Part shown: positions 1 to 9,934 of the stretch, one piece after another | How positions within the stretch are numbered: the stretch's first letter is position 1 | Layout: each line of letters starts with the position of its first letter | Origin: Candidatus Iainarchaeum sp. | GTDB taxonomy: Archaea; Iainarchaeota; Iainarchaeia; Iainarchaeales; UBA10219 | DNA length: 64,000 nt | Reading direction: 5' to 3' | NCBI GenBank assembly: GCA_018304425.1 | Contig: JAGVWE010000002.1 | Coordinates: 96,001 to 160,000, forward strand | The notes under the pieces: generated by a model | Databases searched by the model: none | Told to the model about the DNA's origin: nothing | Seen by the model: only the letters and a program-made list of their open reading frames with translations | Program-made: the position numbers and the translations under genes

Positions 1-663
1 AGCGGCGAGGTGCTCGCGAAAGCCATGCAAGGGTTCTCGCGCGTGGCCGCGCTGGCCGAAGCGACGCCGTATGCGGAAGGCGTGGTGAAAGCCTTCAAGG
101 CGAAGTTCGGCAAACCCCTGACCGCCGAGGAGACCTATTTGCAGGAGTCCCGGGACATGCGCACGCAAATCACGAAGCTCGCGGCCACGAACCCCGAGGC
201 CATCGTGGTGAGCCCGCAGTCGGCCATAACCGGCGGGATTGCCGTAAAGCAGTTGCGGGAGCTGGGCTTCAAGGGAGCCATCTACTCGAGCATCGTCATC
301 GGCGGCCCGGAGTTCCTCGCGCAGGCCGGCGCGGCTGCCGAAGGCGTGCTGTTCCAGGCCGACCCCGAGGCAGTTGAGTCCACTGAAAAAACACGGGTAT
401 TTTCCGATTACCGGAAAAGACATGGAGACGAACCCGGCTACCCCTATGCCCTTGCCAGCAACTGGGACGCGATGATGATTCTCGCGGAAGGGTTGCGGAA
501 GGTCGGCTACGACGCTGACAGGCTGCGTGATTACCTGTATTCGGTCAAGGCCTACGACGGCATCCTGGGCCGCATCGGGTTCGATGAGAACGGGGATGTA
601 ACCGGCTTGAACAGCCAGGTGAAGGTCTGGCAGAACGGGAAGACCGTGCCGGCCGAGGAATAG
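1..663 (+). CDS. livK: Branched-chain amino acid ABC transporter substrate-binding protein (5' truncated by window edge)
   Basis: C-terminal LivK-type sequence (D-x-R-T-Q-I-T-K, YDGILGRIGFDENGD); lies directly upstream of livHMGF. Confidence 0.85.
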   Translation, partial: SGEVLAKAMQGFSRVAALAEATPYAEGVVKAFKAKFGKPLTAEETYLQESRDMRTQITKLAATNPEAIVVSPQSAITGGIAVKQLRELGFKGAIYSSIVIGGPEFLAQAGAAAEGVLFQADPEAVESTEKTRVFSDYRKRHGDEPGYPYALASNWDAMMILAEGLRKVGYDADRLRDYLYSVKAYDGILGRIGFDENGDVTGLNSQVKVWQNGKTVPAEE

Positions 664-742
664 ACCGGTGAAGGGCGGGGTAAGGTTAATTAACCCCGTC
701 TCCCCTCTTTATTTCGAATTCCTGGTTAGGGGGTAACGGGTT

Positions 743-1639
743 TTGTGGAGTGAGTTTTTCGCGGTGCTGCCGCAGTTGCTGATGAACGGCTTGATAGCCG
801 GCGGCATCTACTCGCTCATCGCCATCGGCTACACCATGATTTACGGCATATTGCGGTTCATCAACTTCGCGTACGGCGAAATCGCGATGGTCGGAGCCTA
901 CGCGGCTTACACGGCCATCGTGTGGCTGCACTGGCCGCTGTGGGCCGGGGTCCTGGCCGCCCTCGCGGTGTGCTCGTTGCTTGGCGTGGCCATCGACTTC
1001 GTGGCCTACAAGCCCCTGCGAAAGGCCAACCGGTTGTCCTCGCTCATCACGGCCATCGCGGTCAGCCTCCTCCTCCAAAACCTCGTCGCCTTGTTCTATG
1101 GCAACGAAATCAAGACCTTTCGGGAGGGGCCGGTCGAGCAGGGCATGAACTTCTTCGGCGCGTTCATCACACCCACCCAGGTAACCATCATCGCCACCGC
1201 GTTCCTCCTCATGGCCGGACTCTACTGGTTCGTCGCGAAAACAAAACTCGGCAAGGCCATCCGGGCAACTGCCGACGACATGGAACTCGCGAAAGTCGTC
1301 GGCATCGACTCCGAAAAAGTGATTCGCACCACGTTTGCCCTGGGCTCGGGCCTCGCAGCCGCGGCCGGGGTGTTGATTGCCTTGGAGCAAAACATCGAGC
1401 CCACCATGGGCGTGATGCCGGGAATCAAGGCCTTCACCGCGGCAGTCGTTGGAGGGATTGGCAGCATCCAGGGAGCCATGCTGGGCGGCATGCTGATCGG
1501 CTTGGTGGAAAACATCGGCATCTGGTTCCTGCCCAGCGGCTACAAGGACGCGATTGCCTTCGTGGTGCTGATTTTCTTCCTGATGTTCAAGCCCAAGGGC
1601 CTGCTCGGCGGAAAACTGGAGGAGGACGTCCGCAAATGA
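743..1639 (+). CDS. livH: Branched-chain amino acid ABC transporter permease
   Basis: NGLIAGGIYSLIAIGYTMIYGILRFINFAYGE and GKAIRATADD motifs; hydrophobic. Confidence 0.93.
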   Translation: MWSEFFAVLPQLLMNGLIAGGIYSLIAIGYTMIYGILRFINFAYGEIAMVGAYAAYTAIVWLHWPLWAGVLAALAVCSLLGVAIDFVAYKPLRKANRLSSLITAIAVSLLLQNLVALFYGNEIKTFREGPVEQGMNFFGAFITPTQVTIIATAFLLMAGLYWFVAKTKLGKAIRATADDMELAKVVGIDSEKVIRTTFALGSGLAAAAGVLIALEQNIEPTMGVMPGIKAFTAAVVGGIGSIQGAMLGGMLIGLVENIGIWFLPSGYKDAIAFVVLIFFLMFKPKGLLGGKLEEDVRK

Positions 1640-2544
1640 TCGACCTGCTCGGCATGTGGCCTTACTTCCTGCACCTCCTCATCTACATCGGCATCTACGC
1701 CATCCTCGGCATGAGCCTCAACCTCATCACGGGCTACACGGGGCTGCTGAACCTTGGCCACGCGGCCTTCTGGGGCATTGGAGCCTATACCAGCGTCCTC
1801 CTGGTCTTGGCGGGAATTCCCTGGCTCCTGGCCCTGGTGGCCTCGGCCGTACTGGCCGGCCTAGCCGGGCTGTTGATTGGCTTTCCCTCGCTGAACCTCC
1901 GCGGCGACTACTTCGCGGTCGCAACCCTTGGCTTCGGCGAAATCATTCGAAGCATCCTCATCAACTGGAGCGAGGTCACGAGGGGCCCGCTCGGCATCCC
2001 CGGCATTCCGAGGCCGGAAGTGATGGGGTTCGTGTTTGAATCCAACGAGGCCTTCCTCGCCCTGGTCCTGGCGCTCGCGTTCCTGACCTATGTCTTCCTG
2101 CGGCGGCTCACGCGCTCGAGCTTTGGAAGGGTGCTGCGCGCCATCCGCGAAGACGAAATCGCGGCACAGGCGCTGGGCAAGGACGTGAACAAGTACAAGC
2201 TCACGGCCATGGGCATCGGCGCGGGTTTCGCGGGAATCGCGGGCGGCTTGTTCGCGCACTACATCACCTTCATCGACCCGACCTCCTTTGTCTTGAACGA
2301 GTCCGTGCTGATGCTGTTGATCGTCGTGTTGGGCGGCATGGGCAGCCTCGAGGGCTCGCTGGTGGGGGCTGTTGCCCTCGTGTTGTTGCCTGAACCGCTC
2401 CGGCTCATCGGCGCGAACTCGGACATCACGTGGCTGAAGACGGGTTTCGCGCAGGTGCGGATGGCGGTCTATGCCCTGGTGCTGTTGCTGGTCATCATCC
2501 GGTTGCCGCAGGGCCTGCTGGGCGAGGGGAGGAACCGCAAATGA
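1636..2544 (+). CDS. livM: Branched-chain amino acid ABC transporter permease
   Basis: LNLITGYTGLLNLGHAAF, LRGDYFAVATLGFGE and RAIREDE motifs; ATG at 1636 overlaps the livH stop (ATGA). Confidence 0.93.
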   Translation: MIDLLGMWPYFLHLLIYIGIYAILGMSLNLITGYTGLLNLGHAAFWGIGAYTSVLLVLAGIPWLLALVASAVLAGLAGLLIGFPSLNLRGDYFAVATLGFGEIIRSILINWSEVTRGPLGIPGIPRPEVMGFVFESNEAFLALVLALAFLTYVFLRRLTRSSFGRVLRAIREDEIAAQALGKDVNKYKLTAMGIGAGFAGIAGGLFAHYITFIDPTSFVLNESVLMLLIVVLGGMGSLEGSLVGAVALVLLPEPLRLIGANSDITWLKTGFAQVRMAVYALVLLLVIIRLPQGLLGEGRNRK

Positions 2545-3311
2545 AGGAGGCCATGCTGAATGTCAGGGGTATCTCCAAGGACTTCGGCGGCTTGAAGGCC
2601 TTGAACAACGTGTCCTTCGAGGTCGGCGAACGGGAAGTCGTGGGCTTGATTGGCCCGAACGGCTCGGGAAAGACCACCCTCTTCGAAATCATCAACGGGT
2701 TTTACCTGCCGAGCCACGGCAGCGTGGAGTGCTGCGGGCAACGCATCACGGGCTTGTTGCCGCATGAGATTGCCCGGAGAGGCATTGGCCGGACCTTCCA
2801 GATTGTCCGGTTGTTCCCCAAGCTCACCGTCCTCGAAAACCTGCTGGTCGCGGAACAGCACTTGAAGGGCGAGTTGCTGCTGCATGCCCTCCTCAAATTG
2901 AGGCATGTCGAGGCCGAAGACCGCGCCAACAAGGAGAAGGCATTGAAGCTACTGGAGCTCGTGGAACTCGGGCACAAGAAAAACGAGTTGGCGGAAAACC
3001 TGTCCTATGGCCAGCAGAAGCTGCTGGAGATTGCGCGGGCGCTGGCCTTGGAGCCGCGGATTTTGTTGTTGGACGAGCCGGATGCGGGCTTGAACCCGAC
3101 TATTGCCAGGAAGGTGTTCAACGTCGTCAAGGAACTGAAGAAGGAAGGCAAAAGCGTTCTGATGATCGAGCACGACATGGAGACCGTGATGGGCTTGTGC
3201 GACCGCGTGGTGGTGCTGGACTTCGGCGAGAAAATCGCGGAAGGAACCCCCAAGGAAATCCAGGCCAACGAGAAGGTCTTGGAAGCCTACCTGGGGAAGG
3301 TGAAAAAATGA
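2541..3311 (+). CDS. livG: Branched-chain amino acid ABC transporter ATP-binding protein
   Basis: Walker A GPNGSGKT, signature LSYGQQK, Walker B LLLDEP; ATGA overlap with livM. Confidence 0.93.
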   Translation: MKEAMLNVRGISKDFGGLKALNNVSFEVGEREVVGLIGPNGSGKTTLFEIINGFYLPSHGSVECCGQRITGLLPHEIARRGIGRTFQIVRLFPKLTVLENLLVAEQHLKGELLLHALLKLRHVEAEDRANKEKALKLLELVELGHKKNELAENLSYGQQKLLEIARALALEPRILLLDEPDAGLNPTIARKVFNVVKELKKEGKSVLMIEHDMETVMGLCDRVVVLDFGEKIAEGTPKEIQANEKVLEAYLGKVKK

Positions 3312-4021
3312 GCGCCGCCCTGAAAATCGAGAACCTGCACGCGGGGTACGGCAAGCTGCCCATCCTCAACGGCGTGAACCTCTCCGTGGAAGCCGAGAGC
3401 ATTACGGCCCTGATTGGCCCCAATGGAGCCGGCAAGAGCACGGTGTTGAAGGCCGTGTTTGGCTTGACGGGCTGGCGCAAGGGCCGCATCAGCTTCGAAG
3501 GCGAGGAGCTCTCGCGGCTGCCCACCCATGAAATCATCCGGCACGGCGTGTGCTTCGTCCACCAGGGGCGGAACATCTTTCCCACCCTGTCCGTGCAGGA
3601 AAACCTCGAACTCGGGGCCTACATCCGGGCAAACGAGGCCTCCCTGGTCTCCGACCTGGAGCGGGTGTACGAGTTGTTCCCGGCACTCAAGAAAAAGAGG
3701 CTGGACACCGCGAAAAGCCTGTCAGGCGGGCAGCAACAGATGCTGGGCCTGGGCCGGGCGCTGATGCTGCACCCCAAGATGCTGTTGTTGGACGAGCCCT
3801 CGCTGGGCCTGGCGCCCAAGATTTTGCGGGAAATCTTCGAAAAAATCGGCTACATCAACGAGTTGGGCACCACCATTCTCCTCGTCGAGCAAAACGTGCA
3901 AGAGGCCCTGGAGTACAGCGACAAGGTGTTCATCCTCCGTGAGGGAAGAGTCGAGTTCGAAGGCACGCCCAAGGAAGTGCTGGCCAGCGACGTACTGAAG
4001 AAGGCGTACCTGGGTCGCTGA
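3308..4021 (+). CDS. livF: Branched-chain amino acid ABC transporter ATP-binding protein
   Basis: GPNGAGKS, LSGGQQQM, LLLDEPSLGLAP, LVEQN; ATGA overlap with livG. Confidence 0.93.
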   Translation: MSAALKIENLHAGYGKLPILNGVNLSVEAESITALIGPNGAGKSTVLKAVFGLTGWRKGRISFEGEELSRLPTHEIIRHGVCFVHQGRNIFPTLSVQENLELGAYIRANEASLVSDLERVYELFPALKKKRLDTAKSLSGGQQQMLGLGRALMLHPKMLLLDEPSLGLAPKILREIFEKIGYINELGTTILLVEQNVQEALEYSDKVFILREGRVEFEGTPKEVLASDVLKKAYLGR

Positions 4022-4022
4022 A

Positions 4023-4856
4023 CTACTTCTTGTCCTTCTTCTTGTCAGCGAACAACTGGAGGGCTTCCAGGACCTCCACCGGCACGGCCAGGATGACGGT
4101 GTTGGAGGCGGTTGGCCCCAGGCCGTCAATGGTTTGAAGCGTTCTCAACTGCATGGCGCCCTTGCTCGTGGCCATGATTTCCGCGGCCTGCGCGAGGTTG
4201 ACGGCGGCCAGCTTGTCTCCCTCTGCCTTGATGATGGTGGCGCGCTTCTCCCGCTCGGAGCTGGCCTGCCGGGACATGAGCCGCTTTAGGTCTTCCGGCA
4301 TGTCGATGTCCTGCAGCTTGATGGACGTTACTTCAATTCCCCAGTTCAGCGTCTCCCGTTCCACGATTTTCTCTATTTCTTCCCCGATTTTCGTGCGCTC
4401 CGCCAGAATCTCGTCCAAGGTCATGCCGCCGATGACGTCCCGCAACGCGGTCTGCGCGTACTGGGAGACGGCATAGGCATAGTCCTGGACTTTTAGGATG
4501 GCCTTGGAAGCATCGGCTACCTTGAAGTAGACCACGCCGTTGATGGAGACCGGCACGTTGTCCTTGGTGATGGCCTGCTGCTTGGGGATGTCAATGGTTA
4601 TCACGCGCATGTCCACCACTTTCACCCACTCAATGAGGGGGATGACGAGGTTGAGGCCCGGGTTTAGGGTGCCCGCAAAGCGGCCCAAGCGGAACTTGAT
4701 GCCGGTCTCGTACTGCTGGATGACCTTGATGGCCATGAAGAACAAGACCAGGAACAGGCCAGTGACCGGGATGAAGCCGCCCACGAAGTACAAGCCGCTG
4801 AACAACAGCAACAACAGGAGGGCCAACACGAGGACGGCCAGGTACTCTAACAACAT
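4023..4856 (-). CDS. SPFH/band 7 (stomatin-like, slipin) membrane protein
   Basis: N-terminal TM segments; ITKDNVPV, AQTALRDVIG, AEG..AA and QLRTLQT stomatin motifs. Confidence 0.9.
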   Translation of the reverse strand: MLLEYLAVLVLALLLLLLFSGLYFVGGFIPVTGLFLVLFFMAIKVIQQYETGIKFRLGRFAGTLNPGLNLVIPLIEWVKVVDMRVITIDIPKQQAITKDNVPVSINGVVYFKVADASKAILKVQDYAYAVSQYAQTALRDVIGGMTLDEILAERTKIGEEIEKIVERETLNWGIEVTSIKLQDIDMPEDLKRLMSRQASSEREKRATIIKAEGDKLAAVNLAQAAEIMATSKGAMQLRTLQTIDGLGPTASNTVILAVPVEVLEALQLFADKKKDKK

Positions 4857-4918
4857 GGAAATCCATTGAATGGGGGTTCAATAAGAATAAAAGGCTATTC
4901 GCGGGTTGTGTGGTTTGA

Positions 4919-5746
4919 ATGAACCGAGGACTCGTGGCCCAGCTGGTCTTGCTGTTCCTGGCCACGCAGGCCCTCGGCTTGTTCACGGCGGACTACCTCG
5001 TCCGCGAAGGCGTGCGCGCGACCCTCGTCACGGACAACCCCGAGGACGTGGAAAACAGCCTCGGCTTGTTCGCCTACATCCTGGGCTTCACCGCGGTCCT
5101 GCTCGTGCTCATCAAGTTCCTCAAAGACCAGTGGCTGTACTGGGTCTTCAAGTGCCTGGAAACCGCGGCCGTCTTCTTCGCCTCCCTCCTGGTCTTCAAC
5201 GCGTTCACGGACAGCCTGCTCATCCTCCTGGCCGCGGCCGCCCTCGTGGTCGCACGGCTCTTCTTCACGGCCAACCTCTGGCTGCGCAACCTGGCCACGG
5301 TGTTGTCCACGGCTGGCGCTGGCGCGCTCATCGGGGTATCGCTTGGCGTGTGGCCGGTCGCGGTATTGCTGGGCCTGTTATGCGTCTACGACTACGTGGC
5401 GGTGTTCAAGACCAAGCACATGGTGACCCTTGCGAAATCGGTTGCCTCGAAAAACCTTTCCTTCACCTACGCCTTGCCCACCAAGGAACACGTCTTCGAG
5501 TTGGGGGCAGGAGACATGGTGATGCCGTTGACGTTTGCGGCCAGCGCGTTGGCGGCCGCGAAGACCGCGCACGCCTTCCCCCTCTACTGGGTGCCATCGG
5601 CCGCCGTCCTGGTGGCTTCCCTGGCCGGGTTGCTGGCCACGCTCCTCTACGCCTCGAAGCGCGCCGGAAAACCCCTGCCCGCGCTGCCCCTCCAAGGCGC
5701 GCTCATGCTCGCGGCATGGGGCGCGACGAAGCTGGCGGGATTCTAA
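4919..5746 (+). CDS. Presenilin/signal peptide peptidase family GxGD intramembrane aspartyl protease
   Basis: YD (VYDYVAV), LGAGD and PALP motifs in a multi-TM protein. Confidence 0.9.
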   Translation: MNRGLVAQLVLLFLATQALGLFTADYLVREGVRATLVTDNPEDVENSLGLFAYILGFTAVLLVLIKFLKDQWLYWVFKCLETAAVFFASLLVFNAFTDSLLILLAAAALVVARLFFTANLWLRNLATVLSTAGAGALIGVSLGVWPVAVLLGLLCVYDYVAVFKTKHMVTLAKSVASKNLSFTYALPTKEHVFELGAGDMVMPLTFAASALAAAKTAHAFPLYWVPSAAVLVASLAGLLATLLYASKRAGKPLPALPLQGALMLAAWGATKLAGF

Positions 5747-6354
5747 GACCGCTTGCGCACGTCGAAGGCGTCGGCGAGCGCCAGGGGGATGATTACCATA
5801 TAGTCGGGGGCCGCGGGCCGGCGGCCGGGCCGCCCCCTCATGATCCAGCGCCAAACGGCTTCCAGGTAGGCTTCTTGGGCTTGGGCCACGGCCTGCTCCA
5901 GGTGGACGGGCACTGTGGTTTTTCGCTCTACCCATTCCGGTTTCCACCGGATGCCCGGCGGCAAAAGAGGGGCTTCAGCCAAGGCCCTGCCCATGATGGC
6001 GGCCTGCCGGCGGATTTCCACGGAGTCGGTGAGGCCGGAGAACAACTGTTTTTTCGAGAAGGGGCCGGCGCGCACCAGGCCGGGCAATCGCCCTCCCAAT
6101 ATTTTTCGGGCCATGGCTTCGTTGGCGCTGGTGGCAAACGACCGGATGCCCTGGAAGAGCCGGTAGAGTTCGGCCTCGATTTCCCGCGGCTCTTCCCTCC
6201 CAGGCAGGCTGAAGAGGGCGCGGAAGGCGACCGCGGTGGGCGGCCAGACCCTCGACGGCCGCTTTTCCTCCGGCGGCGGAGGGGAGCGCGGCAGGTTTTG
6301 GAAGACTTGTCGGCGGGCTTTTCCTCTTCGAGCGCGGCGTCCCGGCATGTGCAT
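5743..6354 (-). CDS. Hypothetical protein with Arg/Pro-rich N-terminus
   Basis: Fills the gap between flanking genes; GAGGTGA SD-like sequence upstream; no recognisable motif. Confidence 0.55.
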   Translation of the reverse strand: MHMPGRRARRGKARRQVFQNLPRSPPPPEEKRPSRVWPPTAVAFRALFSLPGREEPREIEAELYRLFQGIRSFATSANEAMARKILGGRLPGLVRAGPFSKKQLFSGLTDSVEIRRQAAIMGRALAEAPLLPPGIRWKPEWVERKTTVPVHLEQAVAQAQEAYLEAVWRWIMRGRPGRRPAAPDYMVIIPLALADAFDVRKRS

Positions 6355-6360
6355 TTCACC

Positions 6361-6975
6361 TCAGTGGAACCCCAACAATCCCTTGGCTGCTTCGAAGGCG
6401 GCGAAGCCGAACAACGAGTAGAGGACGTAGCGGATGGTCTTGCCGCCCCAGGCCGCGGCGAAGAACTTGACGGGGTTGAACTTGATTAAACCGGCTGCCA
6501 TGCCGATGACGTCGAAGGGGAAGGGGATTATCGCGATGAGGAAGATGAAGGGCATGCCGCGTTGCTCGATTTTTTTCGCGACCGCGTCGACTTTCCGGAT
6601 GTCAATTTCCTTGACGGCTTCCACGGCCTTGCGGCCCATGGCGCCGGCGAGGTAAGCCGTCATCTCGCCGATGGCGGCGCCGGTGCCGGAGACGAAGCCG
6701 ACGATGACGCGGTCGAGGAGGCTCTGGCTGGCCAGGCCGACCAGGGAGGGGTTTGCGCCGACCGCCACGACGATGACTTCCACGCCCAAGGGGAAGAGGA
6801 TGGTGGCGTTGGCGGCAATCGAGATGACGAACAAGCCCAGCAAGCCATAGGTGCGGATGAATGTTGAGGGGTTGAATTCGGCTTCCTGCAAGGCGAAGAA
6901 CAGCATGACCAAGAAGGCCAGCCCCAGCACGCCCAAGTAGAGCCACTGCGTTCGGGAAAGCTTCTTGCGCCGCAT
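6361..6975 (-). CDS. DedA/VTT (SNARE-associated) membrane protein
   Basis: GAAIGEMTAYLAG, PFPFDVIGMAAG and GKTIRY motifs. Confidence 0.85.
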   Translation of the reverse strand: MRRKKLSRTQWLYLGVLGLAFLVMLFFALQEAEFNPSTFIRTYGLLGLFVISIAANATILFPLGVEVIVVAVGANPSLVGLASQSLLDRVIVGFVSGTGAAIGEMTAYLAGAMGRKAVEAVKEIDIRKVDAVAKKIEQRGMPFIFLIAIIPFPFDVIGMAAGLIKFNPVKFFAAAWGGKTIRYVLYSLFGFAAFEAAKGLLGFH

Positions 6976-7040
6976 AAAAGCCCTTGGCCAACCGATTTAA
7001 GGCGTTCTGATTTATTAACCTATTTGTGGGCAAATAAGGT

Positions 7041-7445
7041 ATGGAGTATAGCAGGATGCTGGAACGCGCGTACATGTCCTTGCCCAAGGAGAGCCTGACC
7101 AAGGAACGGTTCCAGATGCCGGCCGTGGACAGCATGATCCAGGGCAGCAAGACCCTGGTCCGCAACTTCGACCAGTTGTTGAAGGCCATGGAGCGGACCG
7201 AGGAACACGTGTGCAAGTTCCTGACCAAGGAATTCGGCACCGCGGTCTCGCCGGACAAGGGCAAGCTCGTGCTCAACGGAAAATTCGGCTTGATCCAGGT
7301 CACCCACGCCTTCGAGAGCTACTTGAAGCAGTACGTGTTGTGCCACGAGTGCGGCAAACCCGACACGCACATCATGGGCGAGCACGGCGTGAAAATGCTG
7401 AAGTGCCAGGCCTGCGGCGCCATGAGCCCGGTGCGGAAATTGTGA
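7041..7445 (+). CDS. eif2b: Translation initiation factor aIF-2 beta subunit
   Basis: KERF..P, KFLTKEFGT and C-terminal zinc ribbon CHECGKPDT..CQACGA. Confidence 0.95.
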   Translation: MEYSRMLERAYMSLPKESLTKERFQMPAVDSMIQGSKTLVRNFDQLLKAMERTEEHVCKFLTKEFGTAVSPDKGKLVLNGKFGLIQVTHAFESYLKQYVLCHECGKPDTHIMGEHGVKMLKCQACGAMSPVRKL

Positions 7446-7459
7446 AACGAGGCGAATGG

Positions 7460-7753
7460 GTGTACGCCAAACTCCATCGGACCCCGAACTCGGTCGTGCT
7501 CGCATGCTGTGGCAAGGAGTGGGTGGGAAAGGTCTTGGAAGACGAGCGGCATTTTTTCGAGGTGAAGGCCTCCTTTTACCAGGGCCAGTTGGTGGACGAG
7601 GCGGGCCTGGAAAAGCTCTTGCTCGAGGCAGACAACATAAACTTGTTCGGCGATAAACCCGTGCGCGTGGCCCTCGCGAAAGGGTTTATTAAGGAAAGCG
7701 ATGTAATTAGGGTGAAAGGGGTTCCCCACACGAATATCTTCAAGTTCAGGTGA
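7460..7753 (+). CDS. DUF424 family protein
   Basis: VYAKLH..VLACC, FYQG and NLFG..V..A...GFI pattern; conserved position after aIF-2beta; start GTG uncertain (7442 or 7460). Confidence 0.8.
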   Translation: MYAKLHRTPNSVVLACCGKEWVGKVLEDERHFFEVKASFYQGQLVDEAGLEKLLLEADNINLFGDKPVRVALAKGFIKESDVIRVKGVPHTNIFKFR

Positions 7754-7757
7754 CTGT

Positions 7758-8090
7758 TTGAGCAAGAAAGAAGAAGTGGCGATGGAGCAGAAGCGGCAGG
7801 AAGAAATCCGGAAAATCCGGTTGCCAAAGAGGGATACCCTCGAACAATTCGGTTTGATCACGCAACTGGTGGGCGGCTTCCACATCAAAGCGCTCTGCGA
7901 GGACGGGCAGGAAAGGATTTGCCGCATCCCCGGCAAGATGAAGAAACGAATCTGGATGCGGTTGAACGACATCGTTATTTTGAAGCTATGGGACTTCCAA
8001 CCCATCAAGGCCGACATCGTGTGGCGGTTCACGGAAGTCCAGGCCCACCACCTCAAGAACAAGGGCTACCTCCAGAAACTGCCCTACTGA
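7758..8090 (+). CDS. eif1a: Translation initiation factor aIF-1A
   Basis: CEDGQERICRIPGKMKKRIW, WDFQ..KADIVWR. Confidence 0.95.
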   Translation: MSKKEEVAMEQKRQEEIRKIRLPKRDTLEQFGLITQLVGGFHIKALCEDGQERICRIPGKMKKRIWMRLNDIVILKLWDFQPIKADIVWRFTEVQAHHLKNKGYLQKLPY

Positions 8091-8099
8091 GGCGGCCGC

Positions 8100-8984
8100 A
8101 TGTGGTGGGCGATTTTATCGGTTGCGGCATCTTTTTGCTGGGCGCTGGCCAACGTCAACGACAAGTTTATCTTATCGCATTGGGTGAAGAAGCCCATCGT
8201 CAACGTGCTGGCCGTGGGCTTGACGAGCCTCCTGGCCAGCGTGGTCGTGTACTTCACGCAACCCCTTGGCGCGCTCACCTGGTTCCAGTTGGCGGTGGCG
8301 ATAGTGGCGGGAACCGCGTACATTGCCACCAACCTCTTATACTTTGAAGCCGTCAAGCGCGAGGAAATCTCGCGCGTCGTGCCCGTGCTCTACCTATACC
8401 CTCTGTTCGTCGCGGGCCTGGCCGCCTTCTTTCTCGGCGAGGTTTTCCTGCCAGCCAAGTACGTCGGCGTTTTCCTCCTGGTGGCGGGTGCCATCCTGGT
8501 GGCCAAGAAAAAGAGGTTCCGCTTGAAGTCGAAGAAGGCAATCGCCTTCGCGGTGCTGGCCGCAATGGCTTCCGCCGTGGACGTGGTGTCCGTCAAGTAC
8601 CTGCTGGGCTACGCCGACTACTGGACGGTGTTCTTCTACGCCAGCCTCGGGGGGCTGCCCCTCTTGTTGCCCTTGCTGGTATGGCACGGCCACAAGCTCG
8701 CACGCACGGTTAGGACGCGGGGCGCGAAAATCGTGGTGGGCCTGGGGGCCAGCAACGCCCTCAACACCCTGGCCACCCTCCTGTTCATTGCGGCCACCAG
8801 TTCAGGCTATGCCACGCTCACCAGCGCGCTGGGCTCGGTGCAGCCCCTCTTCACGCTGTTGCTGGGGGTGGGCCTGGCCAGGCTGTGGCCCGGCGCGATA
8901 CGGGAAAACCTGGACCACAGCATCCTCCGCCAAAAGTTTTTGGCGGTGTGCCTCGTGATCGCGGGCGTGGTGCTGATTACGTAA
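8100..8984 (+). CDS. EamA/DMT family transporter
   Basis: Two repeats of ~5 TM helices; LYPLFVAGLAAFFLGE motif. Confidence 0.85.
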   Translation: MWWAILSVAASFCWALANVNDKFILSHWVKKPIVNVLAVGLTSLLASVVVYFTQPLGALTWFQLAVAIVAGTAYIATNLLYFEAVKREEISRVVPVLYLYPLFVAGLAAFFLGEVFLPAKYVGVFLLVAGAILVAKKKRFRLKSKKAIAFAVLAAMASAVDVVSVKYLLGYADYWTVFFYASLGGLPLLLPLLVWHGHKLARTVRTRGAKIVVGLGASNALNTLATLLFIAATSSGYATLTSALGSVQPLFTLLLGVGLARLWPGAIRENLDHSILRQKFLAVCLVIAGVVLIT

Positions 8985-9019
8985 AAGGGGTTAAATAGGG
9001 GTTTGGAGTAATTCTAGGT

Positions 9020-9826
9020 ATGGCCGACGAGAAAATCAACGTCTACCGGTTTATCAAGGACGAGGACCTGCGGAAGACGTTCGCCAAGGTGTTCGACCAG
9101 AACACCATCATGGCGTGCCACAAGCTGTCCACGAAGGGCTTGTTTGACGTCGTCGAATACCTCATCAACGTGGGCAAGGAAGCCCACGTGTTCCGCGCCC
9201 GCGACTCGTCCGGGAACTTCCGCGCCGTGAAAATCTACAAGACGGAGACCAGCGACTTCAAGCACATGGACAAGTACCTGGTCGGGGACGAGCGGTTCAG
9301 GGACGTGCGCCGCGACAAGCGCGACATCGTGTTCGCGTGGACGCGCAAGGAACACAACAACCTGGACCTGATGGCAAAGGCCGGGGTCCGCGTGCCGCTG
9401 CCCTATGGCTTCCACGAAAACCTCCTGGTCATGGAGTTCATCGGCCGCGAGGGAGTTGCCGCGAAGACGCTGTTCGCGGGCGGGTGCAGGGATTACGAGA
9501 AGGCGTATGAAACCGTGGTGGACTGGATGGCGCGACTCTACTTCAAGGCCAACCTCATCCACGCGGACTTGAGCGAGTACAACGTCCTCGTCAACGTGGA
9601 CGCGAGGGACCGGGAAGAACTGGTGCTCATCGACTGCGGCCAATCGGTTTTGGCCTCGCATCCCATGGCCCAGGAATTCTTCGAACGCGACGTCAGGAAC
9701 GTGGCCAAGTACTTCCAGAAGCAGGGCGTGGACACTGACTATGCGAGGGCCTATGCGGCGGTCAAGGCGTTGAAGGCCAAGTATGCCGCTGCCGCGCCGG
9801 CGCGGGGCGGCAAGGGCAAAAAATAG
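9020..9826 (+). CDS. rio1: RIO1 family atypical Ser/Thr kinase
   Basis: GKEAHVF, AVKIY, HADLSEYN and IDCGQ motifs. Confidence 0.93.
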   Translation: MADEKINVYRFIKDEDLRKTFAKVFDQNTIMACHKLSTKGLFDVVEYLINVGKEAHVFRARDSSGNFRAVKIYKTETSDFKHMDKYLVGDERFRDVRRDKRDIVFAWTRKEHNNLDLMAKAGVRVPLPYGFHENLLVMEFIGREGVAAKTLFAGGCRDYEKAYETVVDWMARLYFKANLIHADLSEYNVLVNVDARDREELVLIDCGQSVLASHPMAQEFFERDVRNVAKYFQKQGVDTDYARAYAAVKALKAKYAAAAPARGGKGKK

Positions 9827-9934
9827 GCTGTTTCTGCCAATGGCGGGCGTAAAAGGCCTGCATTGGCTGGGCGGGCGAACGTTCCCTTTATATATATTAC
9901 ACACTTTAACTTTAGCTGAAGAGAGGGGCATGGA

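Noticed and set aside
922-1635. Apparent 240-aa N-terminal extension of LivM; likewise extensions at 24190, 25158, 7211 and 40150
   Set aside because: Off-frame read-through across the upstream gene; the real starts are at overlapping or adjacent start codons.
8100-8984. EamA gene interrupting the aIF-1A-rio1 cluster as a mobile insertion
   Set aside because: No flanking repeats or compositional shift; an ordinary gene insertion.
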